64,000 nt of DNA from Bacteroidales bacterium. Lineage in GTDB: Bacteria; Bacteroidota; Bacteroidia; Bacteroidales; Paludibacteraceae. The translations under genes were made by a program, and so were the position numbers. The notes under the pieces are model-generated. The model was given only the letters and a program-made list of their open reading frames with translations. It was not told the origin of the DNA and did no database searches. Positions 1-8,187 of the stretch are shown piece by piece. Positions within the stretch are counted from its first letter, which is position 1. Each line of letters starts with the position of its first letter. The DNA is taken from NCBI GenBank assembly GCA_050872525.1, contig JBNMHB010000001.1, positions 10,210-74,209 of the forward strand. The letters are read 5' to 3'.

Positions 1-676
1 ACACATCTTTGAGACGGGTCTTGCCTGTCGTTACGATATCGGCGAGAATCTGGCTGACCTCTTGCGGAGTGTAGAACTCCCCGGCTTTCTTTCCTGCACC
101 TGCGGCAAACTGGGAAATCATATATTCGTAGGCATCACCCAATATATCTATGTCGCGTGCCTGCTGCAAGCCGAAATCAATACCGTTGAGGGCAACAAGC
201 ACTTCACTGACAAGGCGGTTTTTATCCTCCACCGTCTTGCCAAGTTTGGGCGATGTGAGGTCTATATCCGAGAACAGACCACCGAAATCTTCTTCGCTGT
301 CCTGACCGGTGGTGCTATCCTCAATCTTTTTGAGCGAGCGTTCCAGGTCGGCAAGTATATTCTCTTTTTTGGCGATTTTGTTAATAATCGTGGAATAAAG
401 ATACTGTGGTTCAATGAAATAGCCAAGTTCATTGACACAATCTTCGCGAATGTCGTGTTGGAATTGCACATCATCTGACTGCCATAATTCGGAGAAAGTG
501 ATTTGGTCCTGTTCCAACTCCTCATTCACAAAGAGTTCTATTTTCTCGGACAGGTACTTATAGAAGATAAAGCCGAGAGTGAAATACATAAAATCACCGG
601 CAGACATATTGCCACGCAGGGTATTGGCAACCGTCCATAACTGCGTACGTAGTTTTTGTTGAAGTTCTTCGCTCAT
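1..676 (-). CDS. hsdM: Type I restriction-modification system, DNA methyltransferase subunit M (N-terminal part; 3' end outside the window)
   Basis: The ATG is at 676 on the minus strand. My translation reads MSEELQQKLRTQLWTVANTLRGNMSAGDFMYFTLGFIFYKYLSEK...GAGKKAGEFYTPQEVSQIL. That matches the HsdM N-terminal domain plus the (E/Q)FYTP motif. It lies 21 nt downstream of hsdR on the same strand. It is absent from the ORF track because it runs off the window. Confidence 0.85.
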   Translation of the reverse strand, partial: MSEELQQKLRTQLWTVANTLRGNMSAGDFMYFTLGFIFYKYLSEKIELFVNEELEQDQITFSELWQSDDVQFQHDIREDCVNELGYFIEPQYLYSTIINKIAKKENILADLERSLKKIEDSTTGQDSEEDFGGLFSDIDLTSPKLGKTVEDKNRLVSEVLVALNGIDFGLQQARDIDILGDAYEYMISQFAAGAGKKAGEFYTPQEVSQILADIVTTGKTRLKDV

Positions 677-697
677 ATTATTGATATCGTTCGTTAA

Positions 698-3514
698 TTA
701 TTCCCAGAAAAAGACACTTACAATAGCATGCAAACGCGTGAGAACACGCGAGACAAGACTCTTTCGCTCCTTGTATTTCATTGCCTTGTCTTTGACCGCA
801 TCGCGTATTATTTCCGATTTCTCACGGTGGAGATATTCATATTCGTCCATAAATTTCTTAAGTGCTTCAATCGGCATATTCTCTTGTTCCGCCAATTCAA
901 TGAGGGCTTTGTTTCGCTCCTCAGCAACGAAATTATTCAGACGCGTTTCGAGGTCGATAGAACCGTCCGCCTTGCCTTTCATAAAACCCTGTTGGTCGTC
1001 GTCCACCTCTTTACGGATAAAACTATCGATAAGTTTGGTCTTGTTGCGCATCGTTACATCCTTAATCATAGTGTCAAGGATGGCTTTGCGTTTGTCTTGA
1101 TAGTCAGCACTGGTGGGGTCAAGGTGCTCAATGAGAGCAATGATATACGCCACATTGATAATATCCGAGTGCAGCAGTTCAAGACAAAAATCAATGTCTT
1201 CCAACGGATTATCCTCCGCCGGTTCATGCCCATTGCCGGTCGGTTCGATATCAGCCGGTTCGGGATGTGCACCATCAAGAATATCCAGATACTTGGATAG
1301 AAACTCGTTGAACATCTGCTCATCAATCGGGAAACGCGGGTCCTCGGAGTCATATTCATTGTATATTTTTATCTCGGCTCGTTTCTTGAGCAGTTCGCGG
1401 AAAGCAAGCACAAAATTTTTCTTATCCTCCTCAGTCTGCAGATAATCAACAACATGCGGTGCAGGATAATGGCTCTTGAAGTCGAATTGCAAGCGTGTGT
1501 AGTCGTGGAAAACTTTTGCATACGGGTCGCGCAAGATGTCTTCCAGATTGTCCGAGTTGGAGAATAATCTGAGCGAGGTATCTACATTGGATTTGAGGTC
1601 GCGGAAGCACAATACTTTGCCAAAACGCTTCTTGTCATTCAATACACGGTTGGTGCGACTGAAGGCTTGCAAAAGTCCGTGATATTCCAAATTTTTGTCC
1701 ACATAGAGAGTGTTGAGTTTCTTTGCGTCGAAACCGGTGAGGAACATCCCCACAACGATGAGCAGGTCAAGTGGTTCCATGTCTGCGCGTTTTTTCTTCA
1801 TGCGCAGATTGATGTCATCGTAATAGGCAGCAAATGTCTCCGTAGTGAAGGATGTACCGAACATGCCGTTATAATCATCCATGATAGATTGCAATTCGTC
1901 AGCATGCACCTTTTCGTTGGCGAAATTGCCTGTGCCCATACCCGTTGCCACGTCGTCCTGACTATCATTGGCAGCGTAAGTAAAGATGGCACCTATCTTG
2001 ATGGCCGGTTTTAGTTCTTTGAAAATCTTGTAGTACTTGAGCAACATCGGCACCGATTGTACGGCAAAGAGAGCGTTAAATTCGCCATCAAAAGTAGATT
2101 TGTTGTAGTTGTTGAGAATAAAATGTGCTATCTCTGTCATACGCGCCGTGGACATCTCGTCCACTCCCTCACGACCGGCATAGTACTCCACAAGAAAACC
2201 CAATACATTCTCGTCCGCAATAGCATCTTTGATGAGATACTTGTGCAAACACTCACCAAAAACCTCTTTGGTGGTTTTGTCCTGTTTGGCATTCTCCACA
2301 AAAATAGGCGTACCCGTGAAACCGAAAATCTGCAAGTTGTGAAAGAAACGGACGATATTCCTATGGCTCTCACCAAAATGGGACCGGTGGCACTCATCGA
2401 AAATCATCACTACTTTCTTGTCCTGCAACTCGCAGAGATGTCTGTTGTAGTAATTTTTCTTGACAGCCGCATTGAGTTTCTGAATGGTAGTAATGATAAT
2501 TTTGTTTCCGCTTTCGAGCCGTTGGATAAGTTCGGCAGTACTATCCGTACCATCCACCGCGCCGGGTTCAAACGCATCATACTCCATCTTGGTCTGCGTA
2601 TCAAGGTCGTGGCGGTCCACCACAAAAAGCACTTTTTCTACGCCGTCCACATCTTGTACCAATTGGGCAGCCTTGAAGGATGTCAGCGTCTTTCCCGCGC
2701 CCGTAGTATGCCAGATATATCCGTTCTTGCTCGTGTTCTGCACACGGTCAAGGATATTCTCTACGGCATAATACTGATACGGACGAAGAACCATCAGGCA
2801 CTTGTCGCTCTCGTGCAAAACGATATATTTGGTGAGGATTTTGCCAAGTGTGCATTTGTCAAGGAACTGCGTGGCAAAACTATTGAGGTCGCTAAACGGG
2901 ATATTGGCAGCGTCCGTCCACTTGAAAGTGAACTTATATCCACCATTCGGGTTATTGGCGAAATAACGGGTATTGACTGAGTTGGAAACTACGAAGATCT
3001 GAATATAATCGAATAGTCCGCGGAATGATGTCTTATGATAGCGTTGTATCTGATTGTATGCCTGCTTCAGTTCGACACCGGCACGCTTGAGTTCTATTTG
3101 CACAAGCGGCAAACCATTGATGAGGATAGTAACATCATAACGACATTTCTTGCGTCCCTCGACTGTAATCTGGTTGGCTACTTGAAACTCGTTCTGACAC
3201 CATTTGTGAGAATTAAGGAACTCCACCCATATATGTTCGCCGTTGCCAACTTCGAGTGCGAATCGGTCGCGAAGTTTCTTGGCTTTCTCAAAACGTGTCC
3301 CACCCTCGAGATGAATGAGAATATGTTTGAACTCCTCTTCGGTAAACACGGTCCGACCGTGTCTCTCTAATTCTTTGCGATTGTGTTTCTCCAATTGGCG
3401 TTTGAGATTGGCTTGTAGATTGTTTTCCTCCTTAACATCAACATATTCATAATTCATATCTTGGAGGGTTCTGATTAAACCTTTCTCAAGTGCGTCTTCT
3501 GATATAGTTGGCAT
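698..3514 (-). CDS. hsdR: Type I restriction endonuclease subunit R (938 aa)
   Basis: The N-terminal nuclease region is followed by SF2 helicase motifs: GYIWHTTGAGKT (motif I) and MIFDECHRSH (motif II, DECH). The C-terminal region is typical of EcoR124-like HsdR. It is adjacent to hsdM. Confidence 0.9.
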   Translation of the reverse strand: MPTISEDALEKGLIRTLQDMNYEYVDVKEENNLQANLKRQLEKHNRKELERHGRTVFTEEEFKHILIHLEGGTRFEKAKKLRDRFALEVGNGEHIWVEFLNSHKWCQNEFQVANQITVEGRKKCRYDVTILINGLPLVQIELKRAGVELKQAYNQIQRYHKTSFRGLFDYIQIFVVSNSVNTRYFANNPNGGYKFTFKWTDAANIPFSDLNSFATQFLDKCTLGKILTKYIVLHESDKCLMVLRPYQYYAVENILDRVQNTSKNGYIWHTTGAGKTLTSFKAAQLVQDVDGVEKVLFVVDRHDLDTQTKMEYDAFEPGAVDGTDSTAELIQRLESGNKIIITTIQKLNAAVKKNYYNRHLCELQDKKVVMIFDECHRSHFGESHRNIVRFFHNLQIFGFTGTPIFVENAKQDKTTKEVFGECLHKYLIKDAIADENVLGFLVEYYAGREGVDEMSTARMTEIAHFILNNYNKSTFDGEFNALFAVQSVPMLLKYYKIFKELKPAIKIGAIFTYAANDSQDDVATGMGTGNFANEKVHADELQSIMDDYNGMFGTSFTTETFAAYYDDINLRMKKKRADMEPLDLLIVVGMFLTGFDAKKLNTLYVDKNLEYHGLLQAFSRTNRVLNDKKRFGKVLCFRDLKSNVDTSLRLFSNSDNLEDILRDPYAKVFHDYTRLQFDFKSHYPAPHVVDYLQTEEDKKNFVLAFRELLKKRAEIKIYNEYDSEDPRFPIDEQMFNEFLSKYLDILDGAHPEPADIEPTGNGHEPAEDNPLEDIDFCLELLHSDIINVAYIIALIEHLDPTSADYQDKRKAILDTMIKDVTMRNKTKLIDSFIRKEVDDDQQGFMKGKADGSIDLETRLNNFVAEERNKALIELAEQENMPIEALKKFMDEYEYLHREKSEIIRDAVKDKAMKYKERKSLVSRVLTRLHAIVSVFFWE

Positions 3515-3595
3515 ATTCTTTACGTTTATCAGGGATTTCTCTGTGAAGTTTCTTGGCTGGTCTGCCCGCCTTGTGGTACCGATTATGGTAGAGGA

Positions 3596-3671
3596 TGGTG
3601 GAGTATAGCGGACTCGAACCGCTCACCTCAACACTGCCAGTGTTGCGCTCTACCGGATGAGCTAATACCCC
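3596..3671 (-). tRNA. tRNA-Ala(GGC): tRNA-Ala, anticodon GGC, CCA encoded
   Basis: The reverse complement is GGGGTATTAGCTCATCCGGTAGAGCGCAACACTGGCAGTGTTGAGGTGAGCGGTTCGAGTCCGCTATACTCCACCA. It folds as a cloverleaf with the G3:U70 Ala identity pair, anticodon loop CTGGCAG and a GGTTCGAGTCC T-loop. Confidence 0.9.
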
Positions 3672-4435
3672 ATTGTGCGCCATTCACGCATCAAAAAACT
3701 ACGCAAAGATACACGAAAAAATCCATATATACAAATGTTAATTTCAAATTCCTTGTCCTTGGGGGAATATGCTATTCAATGTACTCGTTTTTGTTGATTA
3801 CTACCGATGTGTTAAATTTGCATTTGTTGTTAGAATAGATATCATAGAAAGCGATATAGGTTATATGTATCGATATCGGTTATATGTATAGTCTATCTCC
3901 CTACCACTCCCCTACCACTCACTTTTCTTATACCTCTTTTGTGCCATCTCTATCCCTTGCTCATCCCTTGCCTATCCCTTGCTGAATTTATCCTATTCGC
4001 CCCCCTGTCTCCTCACGACCTGCGTATAGGATAACCGATACATAACCGATACATAACCGATGGATATGAATACTTTCTCAATACTTTGATACTACCCTAA
4101 TACTACCCATATACTCCCCACATATAGGGATAGATAGCATTGCCGGCAGACAACATAAACAACGCCTTGCGATGTTTTTTTTACTTCCCTATATGTGCAT
4201 AATCCGAATATATTTCACGTCAGTTTGATATAAGACATAACGCACGTTTTTTGCTGATAATAGATATTTGAGTTGTTGTTCTCCCTATATGTATTTGCCT
4301 GTATTTGATTTAATTTTTCGTGTATTTGTTTCCAAATCGAGGCGCATATTGCACCATAAGCTAGATTTTGTTCGTCTTGTTTTATAGGTTTTCGTTATTT
4401 CGAACTCACGTTAATTTAGGTGGACTATTGGGTAC

Positions 4436-4468
4436 AAAACAGGCTGCCCGATATGATTGGGCAGCCTG
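4436..4468 (-). terminator. Putative intrinsic terminator downstream of the 4493..5527 gene
   Basis: A 10-bp perfect stem, caggctgccc (4440-4449) pairing with gggcagcctg (4459-4468), is followed on the minus strand by GUUUUG. Confidence 0.5.
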
Positions 4469-4492
4469 CAGGGGGGGAGATGGGGTGTGCGG

Positions 4493-5527
4493 TTATTTTA
4501 TAATAGTTCCTACTATGTTGTATTTCACACCATTGCGCAGGATGATGACGTTGCCATGCTCAAGATACTTGGTAGCGATGGTTTTTGTGCTTTCGGTTTG
4601 CTCGATGGCAGTTTGTAGCGGCTCAAATGTCTCAAACTCAATAGTTTGTTTGGTGGTATAAACCACATCGTTGCTTGCCTTGCCTGAGAAGGTAACATTG
4701 TAGGTGGCGATGAAGAAACCATCTATTTCAGAGGCTTTGCGTGAAACCAATTCCAATGTCAGTTCTGCCGTAATGAAACTTAGTTCGGTGGTGTCTGTGC
4801 CGGCAATGTTCACTATATAAGATTCCTCTGCTTCTATCATCTCATCGTCAATACTATAGTCGCCGCTCAAATCGGTGTAATCGCCGATGTAGAGCAGAAA
4901 TTCCATCATAGTGCCATCTCCTACAGGAATCAAACCGTCTTCGGCTTCTTCCCATTGCTCGAAAGTGTACAACATCAGATAAGCATAGCCATATTCGCCA
5001 TTTTCGGCATCAATCTGACCGCCCACAAACGTGATGTCCTCTGTAGTAGATTCGGGGTCAGCAGGCTGTTCGCCGTCGGTGGTGATAGTGATGGAGAGGA
5101 TATCAAATTGTCCTGCTCTGGTAGGCATGGTGCCAAAATCGGCTTTTTCGCCCACGGTCAGAATGATAGAATCGGACTTGCCTTGCCAGGATACAGCCTG
5201 CCCGCCGTCTGTTGAACCCGATTGGGTGAGAGTGGGGACATTGCTGGTCAGTGTCGCCAAGCGTTGTTCGCCTCTGTCTGACAACTCGAAGTCGATGGCT
5301 GTGATATTATTAACAGAGGTGGAGATGGTGAGTGTGCCACCCGCGTATATACGCAATTCTCCATTCATTGCCGTTGACGCAGAACTGGTTCCATCGGTGG
5401 CTGTGATGGTGATACCGCGTGAACTAAATGAAGTCTTTTGGAAATTACTCATTTTCAGAGTAATGGTTTCTGCCGATAGGGTTGCAGTCACCATAAGGGC
5501 TGCAAGCATAAAGTAGATTTTCTTCAT
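4493..5527 (-). CDS. Secreted protein of unknown function (344 aa), possible T9SS-type C-terminal sorting tail
   Basis: The N-terminal signal peptide is MKKIYFMLAALMVTATLSAE. The body is Thr/Ser-rich and beta-rich. The C-terminus, KYLEHGNVIILRNGVKYNIVGTIIK, resembles Bacteroidetes Por/T9SS C-terminal domain tails. I recognised no enzymatic motif. Confidence 0.6.
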   Translation of the reverse strand: MKKIYFMLAALMVTATLSAETITLKMSNFQKTSFSSRGITITATDGTSSASTAMNGELRIYAGGTLTISTSVNNITAIDFELSDRGEQRLATLTSNVPTLTQSGSTDGGQAVSWQGKSDSIILTVGEKADFGTMPTRAGQFDILSITITTDGEQPADPESTTEDITFVGGQIDAENGEYGYAYLMLYTFEQWEEAEDGLIPVGDGTMMEFLLYIGDYTDLSGDYSIDDEMIEAEESYIVNIAGTDTTELSFITAELTLELVSRKASEIDGFFIATYNVTFSGKASNDVVYTTKQTIEFETFEPLQTAIEQTESTKTIATKYLEHGNVIILRNGVKYNIVGTIIK

Positions 5528-5651
5528 CTTTTTTTAGTTATATATGATTGTTAAATATGTTGCTGTCAGAATAGGTATATTGATATAGTTTGACCTGCAT
5601 TCTCTCCTTTGTCTCATAGTTTGGAGGTGGTCGGTGCTATCCTGCGGGCAT

Positions 5652-5681
5652 AAAAAAACGACTTGCCATTTAGCAAGTCGT
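5652..5681 (-). terminator. Intrinsic terminator after tRNA-Val
   Basis: A 9-bp stem, acgacttgc (5658-5666) pairing with gcaagtcgt (5673-5681), is followed on the minus strand by a U7 run (plus-strand A7 at 5652-5658). Confidence 0.6.
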
Positions 5682-5691
5682 TCTCTTTATG

Positions 5692-5766
5692 TGGGCGTTT
5701 ACGGATTCGAACCGCAGACCCTCTGCTTGTAAGGCAGATGCTCTAAACCAGCTGAGCTAAACGCCC
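5692..5766 (-). tRNA. tRNA-Val(TAC): tRNA-Val, anticodon TAC (CCA not encoded)
   Basis: The reverse complement is GGGCGTTTAGCTCAGCTGGTTTAGAGCATCTGCCTTACAAGCAGAGGGTCTGCGGTTCGAATCCGTAAACGCCCA. It has a canonical D-loop and T-loop, and the anticodon loop is CTTACAA. Confidence 0.9.
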
Positions 5767-5850
5767 TTTCCGTTTGGAAAAACCTCGTTAGGTTAGTTCC
5801 TTTCCGAAAGCGAGTGCAAAGGTACTGCTTTTTTCTGAACCGTGCAAATT

Positions 5851-6552
5851 TTAGGTTGATTTTTTTTGAAAAAAATGCCAGTTGTACCAATTTGCAGACT
5901 TCCAACGGCGAAATACTACATAAAGTAGTCCCGTAATGAGCAATCCGACACATATTCCGCCCAAAATGTCGGCGGCAAAATGTTGCGACAGGTAGATTCG
6001 CGAATAGGCTCCCAAGGCTGCCAAACCAAAACACGTCACTTGCCAAACCGTTGTTCCGATTACTCTGTACACAGACGGTTGGGCTGTTTGGCGTTTGGCG
6101 GACTGCGAAGTATAGATGATACACAGGGCAAAGAAGAGGGCGAAGAATGTGGTGGTATGTCCCGAAGGGAAAGAGAAAAAACGGCTCATCGACACTCCGT
6201 CCACCAACGGCAGACGCACATTGGGGTAGTGCTGGGCGAAGTATGTCAGCGGACGCGGGGCATTGACGATATGTTTTAGAATTTGCGTTGCCAAACCGGA
6301 GACTACCGTCCCCGCGAGTGTAAAGGCTGCCCAACCGGCTTTGTAGAGAAGCAAGGCAACACACACCACATAAGGCACCCATTCGCCCACTTGGGTGTAG
6401 TATTTGAAGAATATATCGCCTGCGGGCGTATGGCAACTACACAGCAAAAGATGCAGTTTGGCTTTCGAGACTGTAATCAACGCACAAACCAATGCCACAA
6501 TGAGCAGCAGACATAGGGATTGGAAAACAGCGTTTCTACGGAAAAAAGGCAT
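5851..6552 (-). CDS. PAP2-family (type 2 phosphatidic acid / undecaprenyl-PP-like) membrane phosphatase (233 aa)
   Basis: The tripartite PAP2 motif is present: KHIVNAPRP, then PSGHTT, then SRIYLSQHFAADILGG. There are several hydrophobic helices. Confidence 0.8.
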   Translation of the reverse strand: MPFFRRNAVFQSLCLLLIVALVCALITVSKAKLHLLLCSCHTPAGDIFFKYYTQVGEWVPYVVCVALLLYKAGWAAFTLAGTVVSGLATQILKHIVNAPRPLTYFAQHYPNVRLPLVDGVSMSRFFSFPSGHTTTFFALFFALCIIYTSQSAKRQTAQPSVYRVIGTTVWQVTCFGLAALGAYSRIYLSQHFAADILGGICVGLLITGLLYVVFRRWKSANWYNWHFFQKKST

Positions 6553-6756
6553 GGCTTATCTTTTATGAATTGCGCTGCAAAATTACATAAAATACAGTGA
6601 TTATGCAATGATTGATGTGTTTTTTGTATTAAAAGATGGTCGTTGGGGGCAAAAAAGAGGGTTATGAGTGCGAAATATCCGGTTGCAAGGCATAAAGAAA
6701 CTCCCACTTTGCAGAAAACAAAATGGGAGTTGGGGAACGTGAATGTAACCGATATA

Positions 6757-8067
6757 TTATTCGGTAGGAATATCCGTGTTCACATTTCTACTGCCAAGGA
6801 GAGCATAGTAAAGAAGATATACTGCGCAGAGCAAAACGATGATATAACTCATCTGGAAGTTGCCCAAGACATCTGCCAACTTGCCCTGTATGGGTACCAG
6901 AATACCGGCACCGCAGACCATGGTCATGAAAGCTCCTGATGCAAAGGAGGTGTATCTGCCTAATCCCTCCATGGCCATGTTGAAGATTCCACCCCACATC
7001 ACCGATGTGCAGAGACCTACCAAAATAAGCGGCATTATGCCCATAGGCACCGAAGCCTGCATAATAGACATTTTTGCCCAGTTGATACCAAACATAGTTA
7101 CCAGACTATCTGAGGGCAAGAACATTCCTAACAAAATCAGTATTATCGATATTGCCGATACAACAGAGAGCAGTACCCGACTCGATACCTTGCCGCCTAT
7201 CATTCCGCCAAAGAGACGTCCCACCAACATCAGCAACCAATAGACTGCTACAATCATACCTGCGATATTGGCATCGATACCAAAACCGGGGGTAGCTTCG
7301 GTGGGGGCGGTGGTGAGATATTGGAGAACATAGGTGGGGATACATACTTCCAAGCCTGCGTAGAGGAAAACTGCCAGAATACCCAAATTGAAATGGCGGA
7401 AAGAGAATGCCGAATAGTGTTTGCCATCGATGGCGGGTTGCGCTTTCTGCTCCATCTCAAGTGCCGGTTCAGGGATTTTTACCAAGAGAAGCACTATGAA
7501 CGCAAACGCGAATATCGCCAAAGCAATCATCAGAGCGGGAGTGGCATCGGAGACTTTCGCTTTGGTGGCATCTGCGATAAGTCCACCCATGATGATGGTT
7601 ACCAGAACGGCAGCAAACGAGTTGCAAACACCACCAAACAGAACGAGTTGGTTTCCGCGATTGCCACCGCCTCCCAATGTGTTCAACATGGGATTGACCA
7701 CCGTATTGAGCATACACATACAGAAACCTGCCGTGAAAGCACCGATAAGATATACCCAAAAGCTCTGGACGGACTCCCAACCGGACATATATTGGAGGAA
7801 GACGCCTGTGAAACCGACCAATATGGCAAGCAGTGCCGTTTTGCGATAGCCGATTTTCTTGAGAAGCAACCCTGCCGGAATACCCATTATGGCATAGGCG
7901 ATAAAATTGGCCGCGTTACCCAATTGCGAAGCAAAATTAGACATAGCGAAATTGTGCTTCACAATAACTGCCATCGGATTACACAGATTGGTAACGAAAG
8001 CAATTACAAAAAAGAGGAGAAACATGACTACGATAGGAAGTATGTTTCGGGACTGTTTGTTAGTCAT
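6757..8067 (-). CDS. MFS sugar transporter, FucP / glucose-galactose (GluP)-like permease (436 aa)
   Basis: About 12 hydrophobic segments. The N-terminus ILPIVVMFLLFFVIAFVTNLCNPM and the G-rich loop GGGGNRGNQL are typical of the FucP/GluP MFS subfamily. Confidence 0.75.
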   Translation of the reverse strand: MTNKQSRNILPIVVMFLLFFVIAFVTNLCNPMAVIVKHNFAMSNFASQLGNAANFIAYAIMGIPAGLLLKKIGYRKTALLAILVGFTGVFLQYMSGWESVQSFWVYLIGAFTAGFCMCMLNTVVNPMLNTLGGGGNRGNQLVLFGGVCNSFAAVLVTIIMGGLIADATKAKVSDATPALMIALAIFAFAFIVLLLVKIPEPALEMEQKAQPAIDGKHYSAFSFRHFNLGILAVFLYAGLEVCIPTYVLQYLTTAPTEATPGFGIDANIAGMIVAVYWLLMLVGRLFGGMIGGKVSSRVLLSVVSAISIILILLGMFLPSDSLVTMFGINWAKMSIMQASVPMGIMPLILVGLCTSVMWGGIFNMAMEGLGRYTSFASGAFMTMVCGAGILVPIQGKLADVLGNFQMSYIIVLLCAVYLLYYALLGSRNVNTDIPTE

Positions 8068-8187
8068 AGTATTTTTGAGTTTTTATAATTTCTATTCAGC
8101 GCGTAAGGGCGGTGTATCCGTGATTCGGATACGAGCCGTTTCTGTGAAATAGATGATACCGAGCGTTTTGGGATAGAGACGAAGGAA

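Noticed and set aside
62-525. ORFs 62..478 (+) and 262..525 (-) at the left edge
   Set aside because: A different minus-strand frame, starting at the ATG at 676, gives a clean HsdM N-terminal sequence with the FYTP motif across the whole region. The listed ORFs are antisense or off-frame and have odd composition.
2057-2980. 307-aa plus-strand ORF inside hsdR (and the other plus-strand ORFs between 681 and 3370)
   Set aside because: They are antisense to an ORF that carries unmistakable HsdR helicase motifs, and they have no motifs of their own.
3855-4125. CRISPR array interpretation of the short tandem repeats (here and at 10321, 18156, 19938 and 55181)
   Set aside because: The units are only 11 bp, lie directly adjacent with no spacers, and degenerate progressively. 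No cas genes are present in the window.
5699-6436. 245-aa minus-strand ORF overlapping tRNA-Val and the PAP2 gene
   Set aside because: It starts within the tRNA gene and overlaps, in another frame, the ORF that carries the complete PAP2 motif set. Its Arg/Cys-rich composition is typical of an off-frame read.
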